A DNA stretch of 64,000 nt from a virus (taxonomy: Duplodnaviria > Heunggongvirae > Uroviricota > Caudoviricetes). Below, piece after piece: positions 18,216 to 27,394 of the stretch. The position numbers and the translations under genes are program-made. The stretch lies in the IMG/VR virus record IMGVR_UViG_3300042568_000774. The stretch is one strand, 5' to 3'. The notes under the pieces were generated by a model that worked only from the letters and a program-made list of their open reading frames with translations, searched no databases and was not told where the DNA came from. How positions within the stretch are numbered: the first letter of the stretch is position 1; the number at the start of each line of letters is the position of its first letter.

Positions 18216-19427
18216 TTAGTTACTCAAAGGTGCTTTAATTGTTGGATGTGATTCATAGTTCTCAATTTGGAATTGAGCTATTGATTGATACTCCATACTA
18301 ATTCCTGTTATTGGACAAGGACTAAATTTTAGTGTTGGTAATGGAAAAGGTTTTCTTGTATGTAAACCCGGACTGATGTTATACTTTCCGAAATATTCAG
18401 ATAATCCACCACCAAACGGCATTAATTCATCAACCGCTTTATTATAATTTTCTTCACCCATCGCTTGTTTTAACAATTCTGTTCTTTCTTCGTGAGTGTA
18501 TTTTCTTCCAATCTGTTCTTTTGCTTGTTCAATATGATTTGAATATAAATGAACATCACCAAGATTTCCAATCAACTCTTCCGGAACCATATTAACTTCT
18601 TTTGCAATTATCTCCAATAACAATCCATAAGATGCAATATTAAATGGTAGACCTAAAAATGTGTCTACACTTCTTTGATTCCACATTAAAGAGATTGCTC
18701 TTTTTGGAGTTGAGTTTTTAGTAATTTCTTCAACAATATAAAGATTCTCTAATTCAACATCAGTATGTTTCAAAACCCATTGAACTCTCTCTTCCCAACT
18801 CAACTCTCTTGTATAAACTTGAAATCCATAATGACAAGGTGGAAGTACCATTTGGTCTAATTCCCCAACATTCCAAGCATTAACCATTAATCGTCTTGAG
18901 TCCGGGTTTGTTTTAAGGTCTTTGATTAGATTCGCAATTTGGTCAACTTCGTAGGTACTCATCCTCATATCAAAATCATCATCACTTATTGAGTTCCATT
19001 TTCTCCATTGCTTACCGTAAATTGGACCTAAATTACCCCACTTCTTAGCAAACTCATCATCTGTTTTGATTGCTTCAATAAAACTTTCCTTTGAATGCAC
19101 AATCGGAATTCTATAAGAAAACCCATCGGCAAAGGCAGGTTGAGAATCTGAATACTTCTTATAAGCATCACCATTCCAAATATTACATCCATTATCAACC
19201 AACCATTTGATGTTTGTATTCCCCTGAAGAAACCAAAGAAGTTCTGTGACGATTGATTTCCACGGCATCTTTTTGGTTGTAAGTAATGGGAATCCTTCCG
19301 ACATTTTATGTCTGATTTGTCTTCCGAATACTGAGATTGTTCCCGTCCCGGTTCTGTCTTTCTTTTCTACACCATTATCCAATATGTCTTGGAGTAAGTC
19401 CTGATATTGTTTATCTATGTTATTCAT
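18216..19427 (-). CDS. thyA: thymidylate synthase (ThyA-type) with internal insertions
   Basis: DRTGTGTISVFGRQIRHKMSEGFPLLTTKKMPWKSIVTELLWFLQGNTN, PPCHYGFQVY, DTFLGLPFNIASY, HLYSNHIEQ are canonical ThyA motifs. The true ATG is at 19427 (MNNIDKQYQ); the ORF-track start at 19436 is a TTG. The protein is about 400 aa against about 264-316 for typical ThyA. Confidence 0.85.
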   Translation of the reverse strand: MNNIDKQYQDLLQDILDNGVEKKDRTGTGTISVFGRQIRHKMSEGFPLLTTKKMPWKSIVTELLWFLQGNTNIKWLVDNGCNIWNGDAYKKYSDSQPAFADGFSYRIPIVHSKESFIEAIKTDDEFAKKWGNLGPIYGKQWRKWNSISDDDFDMRMSTYEVDQIANLIKDLKTNPDSRRLMVNAWNVGELDQMVLPPCHYGFQVYTRELSWEERVQWVLKHTDVELENLYIVEEITKNSTPKRAISLMWNQRSVDTFLGLPFNIASYGLLLEIIAKEVNMVPEELIGNLGDVHLYSNHIEQAKEQIGRKYTHEERTELLKQAMGEENYNKAVDELMPFGGGLSEYFGKYNISPGLHTRKPFPLPTLKFSPCPITGISMEYQSIAQFQIENYESHPTIKAPLSN

Positions 19428-19590
19428 AAATCCCAAATACTTTTTCTTTTTCGTTTTATTTTATTCAGTAGTAACTGAAGTATCAGTACTATCATCTTCT
19501 TCATCATCTAATTCTTTAACTCGTTGATACCACATTGGATTTGGTAATCCGCTATAATAGTCCCACAATTCATCGTCGGTTGATTGTGTA

Positions 19591-19785
19591 TTATTCATTC
19601 AAATATTTATTAAATGTTTCTTTCGCATTATCAAAATTAGCGTCATCCTCATCTATAAAAGTCGTAATAATAAAAGTCGCCTCTTCTTCAGTACATTTAG
19701 TTTCAATTATATTAATATAAGTTTCCACCGGGACTCCCAGTCCTACAGCAACTATTTCGTCCATTAAATCGTAAAATCCTCCCAT
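19591..19785 (-). CDS. small acidic protein (64 aa)
   Basis: ORF, D/E-rich. Confidence 0.35.
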   Translation of the reverse strand: MGGFYDLMDEIVAVGLGVPVETYINIIETKCTEEEATFIITTFIDEDDANFDNAKETFNKYLNE

Positions 19786-20009
19786 TATTCTAATCCTTCT
19801 TCTAATTCAAGGTTTTGACCTTCTTCAACTTTACTATCAATGTATTCACGAAGTTCTTTCATATGTTGTAAGAACCCCAATCTTAATCTGTGGAATTCCT
19901 CATCTTTGATTTCATCCCAATCACTATAACTTTCAAAACAATAATCAAAACCTTCTCCATCCATTCTGTATTGGACTGATTGCCAATTTTCTAATTCATC
20001 GTATGTCAT
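19785..20009 (-). CDS. small acidic protein (74 aa)
   Basis: ORF, E/D/W-rich. Overlapping stop/start with the downstream gene. Confidence 0.35.
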   Translation of the reverse strand: MTYDELENWQSVQYRMDGEGFDYCFESYSDWDEIKDEEFHRLRLGFLQHMKELREYIDSKVEEGQNLELEEGLE

Positions 20010-20177
20010 CTGTGTGTTTTATTATTAATCTGTTTATTTTCCCTATTTTATTAAAACTATCCGCCCATTCTGCGTGGGTCTTTGGTTCACCAAATACTTC
20101 CAAATAGATTTCTTTGGACAAAGGTAATGTTTCAGAATAAGTTTTCCAATTAACTTCAATTTTTTTATCCATTTTAA

Positions 20178-20633
20178 TTATAATTTATTCATCCACAAAA
20201 AATATTCTGTAGTGTTTGACGACCCTGTTGATATATCAACAAATCTTGACCCAACAATCTGACCCGATGTGATGTTATAATCATTTATGTTTCCACTTAA
20301 ATTACCCCAAGGCGTATAGTTCAAAGTTAAGTTATATCCAGACCCTGTCAGATACAAACTATAGGTTGTGGTATAGTTATTATACTTATAAGTTGTTGGT
20401 GTCAGAAAACGAAGGGTATCGTTTTTTGGGAGTATTTGACCCATCTGTCCAATTCTATAATTCGTAATAACCCACGTTTGTCCAACCAAATTTTGACTTG
20501 TTATTCCATTACCGTTTGGTGGGGGAACAATAATAACATTACCGTTGCTGTTCTCATTTGGTCCATTTGGGATTTCTTGGACATAACACGAAGTCATTAA
20601 TAACCCTAATAATAATACTAATACTTTTTTCAT
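20178..20633 (-). CDS. lipoprotein (151 aa)
   Basis: MKKVLVLLLGLLMTSC lipobox. N/T/Y-rich mature part. Confidence 0.5.
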   Translation of the reverse strand: MKKVLVLLLGLLMTSCYVQEIPNGPNENSNGNVIIVPPPNGNGITSQNLVGQTWVITNYRIGQMGQILPKNDTLRFLTPTTYKYNNYTTTYSLYLTGSGYNLTLNYTPWGNLSGNINDYNITSGQIVGSRFVDISTGSSNTTEYFLWMNKL

Positions 20634-20841
20634 CTTAACTTAATTTTTTTTGTAAGTTTTGCCAATAACCTTCTTCAAGTTGATATCTACGAACAACCTC
20701 AACTTCATCTGGGAATCCCAACGATAGTTTTATTTGATTACCCATATCAGCACTCATAATGGTTTTAAATAAGTTTGTCATAAATGACCCTGATGTCCCT
20801 CTCATAAAGAACACAAATTCTAATTCAGCTTGTTCCATATC

Positions 20842-21159
20842 TTAATTAATTAATTCATCTATATCTATGTTGTTATCTTCCAATATTTCGTAAATTCTAT
20901 CAAATACCTCTTGAATACCATCAAATTCGTCATATTCTTTATCATCATCTTCAAATCTTCTTATAACCTTTTTTCTTAAATTTTGGGTTATTTCAAATAG
21001 TGCGGACGCCATATCCAAAGATTTAACCGCTCTCATATGGGCCATTCTGTCATCCGGGTCGTTTAAGTTATACGATAATGTTGCTTTCATATTCTTGTTG
21101 TTTTTCAAATTGTTTTCTACCAATACATTTAGTTTCTTCTTTTGTTTCCCACAGACCAC
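20842..21159 (-). CDS. hypothetical protein (105 aa)
   Basis: ORF. Overlaps 21068..21289, which has a Cys/His-rich possible Zn-binding segment. Which of the two is expressed is unclear. Confidence 0.3.
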   Translation of the reverse strand: MVCGKQKKKLNVLVENNLKNNKNMKATLSYNLNDPDDRMAHMRAVKSLDMASALFEITQNLRKKVIRRFEDDDKEYDEFDGIQEVFDRIYEILEDNNIDIDELIN

Positions 21160-21249
21160 CTCTTTTATATGGTGGTATCATATGACAATTGTGAGACTTG
21201 TCGTGTTTCATTGAATGTCCGATAATCATATCATTAAAATGATTCCTAA

Positions 21250-21669
21250 CTATCCAGGGACATTCTTTGCAAGATTTTTTGTTATCCATTTGTTATCCGA
21301 ATTTAAAATATATTCACCAACAAAATCATTTCCACGTCCCCATTCATTGGGCGCAATTAACGATAATGTTAATTCTCCGGCAAAGTTATATAAAAAATAT
21401 GACTTTCCAACTATCGGCTCAAAAGAAATTTTAGATTCCCACACCATAATGGAAGTATTATATTCATCATACATCTTTTCAATCCGTTCTCTAATCTCTT
21501 GTTGTTCTCTATTAAAGACATCCATCATCTTTTTTGACGCTAAACTTCTGAACAAGGGAACATTCGGTAAATCAAAACCTTGACCACCAGCACTTGTTGG
21601 ATACTCCTTTAATTTTGCGTCGTATCCATTCTTTTCATTCCAAACTACTAAATCCGGTTTCTTATCCAT
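21250..21669 (-). CDS. hypothetical protein (139 aa)
   Basis: ORF, no domain recognised. Confidence 0.45.
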   Translation of the reverse strand: MDKKPDLVVWNEKNGYDAKLKEYPTSAGGQGFDLPNVPLFRSLASKKMMDVFNREQQEIRERIEKMYDEYNTSIMVWESKISFEPIVGKSYFLYNFAGELTLSLIAPNEWGRGNDFVGEYILNSDNKWITKNLAKNVPG

Positions 21670-21672
21670 TGA

Positions 21673-21933
21673 CTAATCTAAATAATTTAAATCTGTATTT
21701 TTTTCAATCATAACCTCATGACCTAATAAATCAGATAATTGTTGAGACAGTTTATTACACGTTAAAATTTCCGTTTCTGTTTTTTCAAAATTTATCACAA
21801 CAAATAATGCGGGAGAATCTTTAACCCATTTATCGTTTTTGTCCAATCTACTTCTATCCCAAGTATTATATTCTTTAATTTTTGCTTTGGGACAAAAACA
21901 CTTTAAAGCTTTTTCAAATACCTCTCGTCTCAT
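21673..21933 (-). CDS. hypothetical protein (86 aa)
   Basis: ORF. Confidence 0.4.
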   Translation of the reverse strand: MRREVFEKALKCFCPKAKIKEYNTWDRSRLDKNDKWVKDSPALFVVINFEKTETEILTCNKLSQQLSDLLGHEVMIEKNTDLNYLD

Positions 21934-22029
21934 ATCACAAATATAATAAAAATATTTTTAATAAAAAGTTGTTGTAATAAGATTTTTTATATATCTTTGT
22001 CCAATATTAATAATCTAAAACATTTAAAA

Positions 22030-22254
22030 ATGGGAAAACCAAGTTCAAAAGGGAAGTATGTTGTTAAAGTAGGTCTTAACGACATTTATGTGTTAGCAAC
22101 AAAAAAACCGGACACAACAAAAAAACACGGATATTCTATGACTTTTGATTACAGAATCTACAAAAATGGAAAATTAGTAGAGAAAGGATTAAAATCAAAA
22201 GATGCCGCTGTGGCAAAAGCGTTAACTTTATCTCCAACAAAACAAACCGCATAA
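22030..22254 (+). CDS. small basic protein (start probably MGKPSSKGKY)
   Basis: K-rich. Its stop overlaps the ClpP-like ATG (TAATG), suggesting translational coupling. Confidence 0.4.
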   Translation: MGKPSSKGKYVVKVGLNDIYVLATKKPDTTKKHGYSMTFDYRIYKNGKLVEKGLKSKDAAVAKALTLSPTKQTA

Positions 22255-22988
22255 TGAATTACGGAAAAGAATTTAAAAAGTTCGCAATGAGCGACAGAGG
22301 AATTTCAGGTCTTAATTTAGATTACTACCAAAAACATATCGAGGGTGTAACCCCTTATATTTTGGAAGAAAGAGAAATGAGAGCAACACAACTTGATATT
22401 TTCTCACGACTTATGATGGACCGAATTATTTGGGTTTCAGGACCTGTTGAGAGTCAGATGGCATCTATCATCCAAGCACAACTTATCTTCTTGGAAACCA
22501 CAGATAAAAAGGATATTAGTATGTATCTTGACACTCCGGGTGGAAGTGTTTTATCAGGTCTTGGAATTAGAGACACAATGAACTACATCAAACCGGATGT
22601 TGCAACATTAAATGTTGGGATGTGTGCGTCAATGGGTTCAGTATTGGTATCTTCAGGGGCAAAAGGAAAAAGAAGTTCATTAATCTTCTCAAAAATTATG
22701 ACACATATGGTGTCTCACGGAACACAAGGAAATGTTCAAGACACTCGTATAAACCAATTAGAAGCTGAGAAGTATAACTATATGTTATTCAAAATCTTGG
22801 CGGAGAATTGTGGGAAAACATTTGAAGAAATGTATGAGTCATCAAGAAACGACAAATGGTTCAACTCAGATGAGGCGAAAGAGTTTGGGTTAATTGATAA
22901 CATTGTTGGGTTAGAGACAAATAAATCTATGACTGAAATGATGGTTGGATTCGACGAGTTCTACTCTAAAGAAATTTTAAAACGATAA
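22254..22988 (+). CDS. clpP: ClpP-family (S14) serine protease, either a prohead-protease-like or a phage-encoded ClpP
   Basis: MYLDTPGGSVLSGLGIRDTMNYIKPDVATLNVGMCASMGSVLVSSGAKGKRSSLIFSKIMTHMVSHG gives Ser (GMCASMG) and His (MTHM) catalytic context like ClpP. ATG confirmed. Confidence 0.8.
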   Translation: MNYGKEFKKFAMSDRGISGLNLDYYQKHIEGVTPYILEEREMRATQLDIFSRLMMDRIIWVSGPVESQMASIIQAQLIFLETTDKKDISMYLDTPGGSVLSGLGIRDTMNYIKPDVATLNVGMCASMGSVLVSSGAKGKRSSLIFSKIMTHMVSHGTQGNVQDTRINQLEAEKYNYMLFKILAENCGKTFEEMYESSRNDKWFNSDEAKEFGLIDNIVGLETNKSMTEMMVGFDEFYSKEILKR

Positions 22989-23025
22989 ATATATAAAAAA
23001 CCTTTAATCTTAATTTAATAATTTT

Positions 23026-23316
23026 ATGAAAAAAATACTTGTAATAATTGCATTGTTGTTATCAACACAAATTTATTCACAATCAACTCAAGTTGATAAA
23101 CTTCCTGAACCAATGGAATATGGTCAAAAAATATTCTACGATAAAGAAGGTCATTTGATTGTCGAAACAAAAAAGAATTTATCTCAAGAAGAAATTGAGA
23201 CCGTGAAACAATATGTTAAAACGTATTATAAAAAATACGATTGGTCCGCACCTGAGATTTTTGATAAATCTTTTTTATCAAGAAAAGAAGTGTTACGTTT
23301 TTATAAAATTAAATAG
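23026..23316 (+). CDS. small secreted protein (96 aa)
   Basis: Signal peptide MKKILVIIALLLSTQIYSQ. Terminator at 23322-23350. Confidence 0.5.
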   Translation: MKKILVIIALLLSTQIYSQSTQVDKLPEPMEYGQKIFYDKEGHLIVETKKNLSQEEIETVKQYVKTYYKKYDWSAPEIFDKSFLSRKEVLRFYKIK

Positions 23317-23321
23317 TAAAT

Positions 23322-23350
23322 AAAAAACCCTCTGGAATGGAGGGTTTTTG
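23322..23350. terminator. bidirectional terminator (AAAAAACCCTCTGGAATGGAGGGTTTTTG)
   Basis: CCCTC/GAGGG stem flanked by A and T runs. Confidence 0.7.
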
Positions 23351-23469
23351 GGTCTTGATAATTTATAAATAAATTAATTCTATTAATAATAAATAATATT
23401 TTAAATATAATAACTAGTTACGCTTGCTCTAGTAAAAAATAAATATCTCAATTTTTACAAAAATCCCAA

Positions 23470-23880
23470 CTATTTATAAATTGTTTTTACCGGAAAATGA
23501 AAATTATCTTCAAACCATCTTTTGAAAGGTTCTTCCCATCGGTCTCCAAAAATACCATCTAATTGCCTTGATAAATGAGAATCTTCAAATTCAACTATTG
23601 GTGATTCTTTTATACTCTTATTTAATATTCTACGGTCGTATTCGTGTCCATCTCTAGGTAAATTTGATTCTTCATCATACCAATAATTTTTATTGTACCA
23701 TCTAAATAAAGTGTTCTCACCATAATCGTAATCACCTTCATAGAACTCGGCAGCGTAATCAACATCATTACCCATATCATCTGAACCATATGTCCAACCA
23801 ATATTTGCAACATCAAAAACGCTATCAAGATGTTTTACAACCAAATCATCAATTCTATTTTCTGATATAATAAATTTCAT
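23470..23880 (-). CDS. N-motif family protein, core type (MKFIISENRIDDLVVKHL ... KRWFEDNFHFPVKTIYK)
   Basis: Has both the conserved N-terminal MK.II(S/T)EN motif and the C-terminal WFE..F..VK.I motif. A TATATTTATATAT box sits directly upstream of the ATG. Confidence 0.6.
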   Translation of the reverse strand: MKFIISENRIDDLVVKHLDSVFDVANIGWTYGSDDMGNDVDYAAEFYEGDYDYGENTLFRWYNKNYWYDEESNLPRDGHEYDRRILNKSIKESPIVEFEDSHLSRQLDGIFGDRWEEPFKRWFEDNFHFPVKTIYK

Positions 23881-23976
23881 ATATATAAATATAATATTTT
23901 TCCATTATAAAATAAAAAATCACCAATGAAGGTGATTATTTTCCACTAAAACAGGTATATTATCAATTATTTTCCA

Positions 23977-24270
23977 TTAAGGATTATGTAAGATATATGT
24001 TTTATCCTTTGTCAAATACTTAAAAATACAATTATCTTCGGTCACAAAAGGATAAAACCCCGTGATATCATTAATAAAATTATCAATTATTACTTCCTTA
24101 CCACTTTTTAATACTAAAATTCTGTGAAACGTTAATTGATTGTATTCAGTATACTTCACATTTTTAACAATTATTTCGTAATTTTTCTTTTTAGTGATAC
24201 GAACAACAAATTTAACATCCGGATATAATACTTTGATTAACTTTCTTAAACCATTTAATTTATCCATCAC
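23977..24270 (-). CDS. hypothetical protein (97 aa)
   Basis: ORF. ATGA overlap with the upstream gene. Confidence 0.4.
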   Translation of the reverse strand: MMDKLNGLRKLIKVLYPDVKFVVRITKKKNYEIIVKNVKYTEYNQLTFHRILVLKSGKEVIIDNFINDITGFYPFVTEDNCIFKYLTKDKTYILHNP

Positions 24271-24956
24271 ACCTTAAAAGGATTTTTATGTTTTATTTTT
24301 TCCGATATAAATTTATTTTCACTCATCACACCACAATTAAGTATTGGTTTTACGTCAACTCCAATGGACCAAGAAACAAACATTTGAGATAATTGGTCTC
24401 TACCACTATTTTTGGATATTTCTTTCCACCACGATTCATTAAACATTGTTGATTTAAGATTGTTTTTACGAATCATAAATCCTGTCTCAAATAATCCGTA
24501 ATTTCTTGGGAATGCCATTGAATGGTATTTGTTCATTTGTTTATTAACTATTTCAGGATAATCCAATTTTAATATTAAAACCACTTGTCCCTCGTCATAT
24601 ATACAATCTCTTTCAGGATGAGGAAAACACATTACTGACGAATTTCCAAAATTAATTTCCTTTAACAATTCATTAACTTCAGTAAATTTTGGTTCTAAAC
24701 AATGGTCAATCCAAATACTAATATCGTGTGGTGGTAACACCAAATGAGGATTCATTTTAATATATCGGGCTTTCTTACGATTATCTAAATTATCATTTAA
24801 AAAATCAACCAATTTAACTTCCCAAACATCGGATTTAAAATCATTGTCATCAGTAAATAAAATATAACGAACATTAGGGTCATAGTTAGTCAGAGGTATG
24901 AAATTATCATACCCCCCAATATTTGCACTATAAACTATAACTTTGATGTCAGACAT
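24267..24956 (-). CDS. hypothetical protein, possibly glycosyltransferase-like (start MSDIKVIVYSANIGGYDNF)
   Basis: The first 16 aa in the ORF track (MKTPLIGGF...) are the terminator hairpin at 24975-25003 translated. The real ATG is at 24956, preceded by a CCTATATTTATGTTT box. Function is a guess. Confidence 0.45.
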   Translation of the reverse strand: MSDIKVIVYSANIGGYDNFIPLTNYDPNVRYILFTDDNDFKSDVWEVKLVDFLNDNLDNRKKARYIKMNPHLVLPPHDISIWIDHCLEPKFTEVNELLKEINFGNSSVMCFPHPERDCIYDEGQVVLILKLDYPEIVNKQMNKYHSMAFPRNYGLFETGFMIRKNNLKSTMFNESWWKEISKNSGRDQLSQMFVSWSIGVDVKPILNCGVMSENKFISEKIKHKNPFKV

Positions 24957-24974
24957 AAACATAAATATAGGAAA

Positions 24975-25003
24975 TAAAAAACCCCCAATCAAGGGGGTCT
25001 TCA
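24975..25003. terminator. bidirectional terminator (AAAAAACCCCCAATCAAGGGGGTCTTC)
   Basis: C5/G5 stem. Confidence 0.7.
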
Positions 25004-25385
25004 TTAATCTTCAGATGACGCTATCAAGTAGTAGTTAATCCCTTGAAACTTGAAATAAATGTTTCTTAAATTGGTAACCGGTGGAGCGGCACTCCATAAT
25101 TCGGTTTTACCTGATTCATTATCCATTGGTTTCATTATACATTTCTTGTCCGTGAACTTAATTGTTCTTGTAATTTGTTCTTCCATACACTAATTTTTAT
25201 AAAAATAGTTAATATGTTTGGAACTGTAAATGTATTTTTAGAATTGTGACTTCAATCTTGATAATATTTCGTTGTTTTTATTCATTAGTTTTAATTTTTT
25301 TACAACGTTTCCTCTGTTTTTTTTAGGTTTTCCTTCTTTTTTTGATTTAGACATGGTATAAGTTTAATAATAAGTATATGTTTAA

Positions 25386-25970
25386 TTAAAATTCGTAAGA
25401 ACTTGACACATAACGTCCACCTAAATTTATTTTAAACAATCCTTCAGGAAAATTGAAAGTGTCTAAAGTTTCTCTTAAGTTATTTCCTAATATTTTTAAA
25501 TTTTCTTCTCTTTGGTTACACTCATACCAAGAACACATAGTTGGCTTACAATTTTGTTTAAGACCAAATACAATATCATATTGAGTATCATTCAAATCTC
25601 TAACTACTTTTACTGATGCAATACATTCAGAACCTTCAGTATTTTTAAAAGATTTTTTCACTTCTTTATTAAAAACACTATCAATCCATTGTTTTTCACC
25701 CTCAACCAAAATTTTACCTCCGTAATTCATTATATTAACACCAAATAAATTATTAACCAATGATACTAAATCATCGTTAAACTCTTTTAATTTATTACCA
25801 GTATCAATTTTATCTAAACGACCTGATATCAAATCGTCCATTTGGATGTAGTAATCTAATCTATAGGAATATCCGGTATTTCTAACTTTAACAATAACAC
25901 CTTCAGGTGAATTTTTAAGTGAATACCTTTCTATTAATTTTATTATGTTTTCCTCTATATTATTTTCCAT
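25386..25970 (-). CDS. hypothetical protein (194 aa)
   Basis: ORF. The N-terminus MENNIEENIIKLIERY loosely resembles the family N-motif. Confidence 0.45.
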   Translation of the reverse strand: MENNIEENIIKLIERYSLKNSPEGVIVKVRNTGYSYRLDYYIQMDDLISGRLDKIDTGNKLKEFNDDLVSLVNNLFGVNIMNYGGKILVEGEKQWIDSVFNKEVKKSFKNTEGSECIASVKVVRDLNDTQYDIVFGLKQNCKPTMCSWYECNQREENLKILGNNLRETLDTFNFPEGLFKINLGGRYVSSSYEF

Positions 25971-26398
25971 TAATGTTTCTGAATTGTCTTAACTTCAAAT
26001 CCATATGTTTTTTCAAACCAATCTTTGAGTAAATCATCAAAATATTGATTAAACATTGTTTCTATATTTGGGAATGAATAATGCTCTCCGTATCGTAGTA
26101 TTGGTAAATTATCTTTATCACCCACATCACCTTCGTCAATTTGATATTGCATAACCCAATCATCATCTTCAAAGTCGTTTTCTATATCGTGATAAAAATT
26201 TAAAACATCAAAATCAACATACCCTCCTTTTTCTTGAACCCAATAATCATACGATTTTTCGGTGTGGTCCAAATTAGAATACGGTTCCATCAACTTTTCA
26301 AAGACGGAATATAATTTATCGTATTTAATTTTTACATCCATGTTACCAAGTTCTACAAGCCCAATATCTCGCTTTCCAACGTGGTCCTGGATTATCAC
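25970..26398 (-). CDS. N-motif family-related acidic protein (C-terminal ...DLLKDWFEKTYGFEVKTIQKH)
   Basis: Shares the family C-terminal WFE..YG.EVK.I motif. The N-terminal start is uncertain. Confidence 0.45.
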   Translation of the reverse strand: MIIQDHVGKRDIGLVELGNMDVKIKYDKLYSVFEKLMEPYSNLDHTEKSYDYWVQEKGGYVDFDVLNFYHDIENDFEDDDWVMQYQIDEGDVGDKDNLPILRYGEHYSFPNIETMFNQYFDDLLKDWFEKTYGFEVKTIQKH

Positions 26399-26714
26399 AA
26401 TTGTGACGGGCTCTAAAAGATTTTCTTCTTTCCGGATTATTTTTTTTAATGGTCATTCTTTTTCCTTTCGCAGATTTACCACCAAAGCCAAAGTTTACCT
26501 TAACAACATTTCCTTTATCGTTCTTAACATACACTTTGAATTTTTTAACATCACCTTGCATGATTTTTCCAAGTTTAACTTTTCTTCCTTGGTATTCGGC
26601 TTCAGTTAATAAGTCACCAACAACAAAGTTGGTTTCCTCAACTGAACCATAAAAACTATCATCCAAATTGTTGAATAGTTTATTGTACTGAGATTCTGTA
26701 ATTATTATTTTCAT
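26343..26714 (-). CDS. N-motif family protein (MKIIITESQYNKLFNNL...) with a basic C-terminus
   Basis: The N-terminal nucleotide sequence ATGAAAATAATAATTACAGAATCTCAGTA is identical to that of 26717..27394. The C-terminus is Lys/Arg/Cys/Trp-rich. Confidence 0.6.
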   Translation of the reverse strand: MKIIITESQYNKLFNNLDDSFYGSVEETNFVVGDLLTEAEYQGRKVKLGKIMQGDVKKFKVYVKNDKGNVVKVNFGFGGKSAKGKRMTIKKNNPERRKSFRARHNCDNPGPRWKARYWACRTW

Positions 26715-26716
26715 AT

Positions 26717-27394
26717 TTATTTTAAGTTTTTTGAAATTTTTATTGCTGTATTAATACTATTAACGTCACTTAAAATATCGTCTAATAGTTCAAGTAAAGA
26801 TTTTAAAGCTCGTTTTATATCGGAATTATTTATTTTTAACATTAAATCCCTAACATATTTAACAACTTTAGTTAAAGATTCAATCATTTCATATCCAAAT
26901 ATTTTAGCTAATACTAATATTATATTATACTTCCATTTGGTTTTTGATAAAAGAAGCACGGTTTGCTTATAAATCCCTAATTTTTTCCCAATTAATAATA
27001 TTTCTTCCGGAGTTTTACGTAAAACCGATTTGACACCTTGTCTAGCCATAATAGGTAACGCATTACCCGCAACCGGTAATGCTGCTGCACCTAAAGTAAC
27101 AACACCTAATGTCGCCATTTCAAGTTTTTCATCATCATTTTTTGCGTAAAAAAATCTAACCCCATAGGACAATGCGTGAGACACATCAATTCCTGCCGAT
27201 ATTAAATTACCGATTCCCGGCACTCCGTCTATTATTCCTGAAATAACGTCAACAACATCGTCAAAAGACAAATTATCTAATGATACAGATTTATTATTTT
27301 TTCTCATTAATTCTTTATTATATTGAGTATCTGATTTTTCATCAGGTTGCTCAAATAATTGACGATACTGAGATTCTGTAATTATTATTTTCAT
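26717..27394 (-). CDS. N-motif family protein (MKIIITESQYRQLFEQ..., 225 aa) with hydrophobic or TM-like central segments
   Basis: Conserved N-motif. ATGA overlap with the upstream gene. GIIDGVPGIGNLISAGIDV and LGVVTLGAAALPVAG are hydrophobic. Confidence 0.6.
   Translation of the reverse strand: MKIIITESQYRQLFEQPDEKSDTQYNKELMRKNNKSVSLDNLSFDDVVDVISGIIDGVPGIGNLISAGIDVSHALSYGVRFFYAKNDDEKLEMATLGVVTLGAAALPVAGNALPIMARQGVKSVLRKTPEEILLIGKKLGIYKQTVLLLSKTKWKYNIILVLAKIFGYEMIESLTKVVKYVRDLMLKINNSDIKRALKSLLELLDDILSDVNSINTAIKISKNLK

Noticed and set aside
20842-21289. Two overlapping minus-strand ORFs (20842..21159 and 21068..21289) as a programmed frameshift pair
   Set aside because: No slippery heptamer or structured stimulator is obvious at the overlap. 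It is more likely that one of the two starts is wrong, or that both are small independent genes. Left unresolved.
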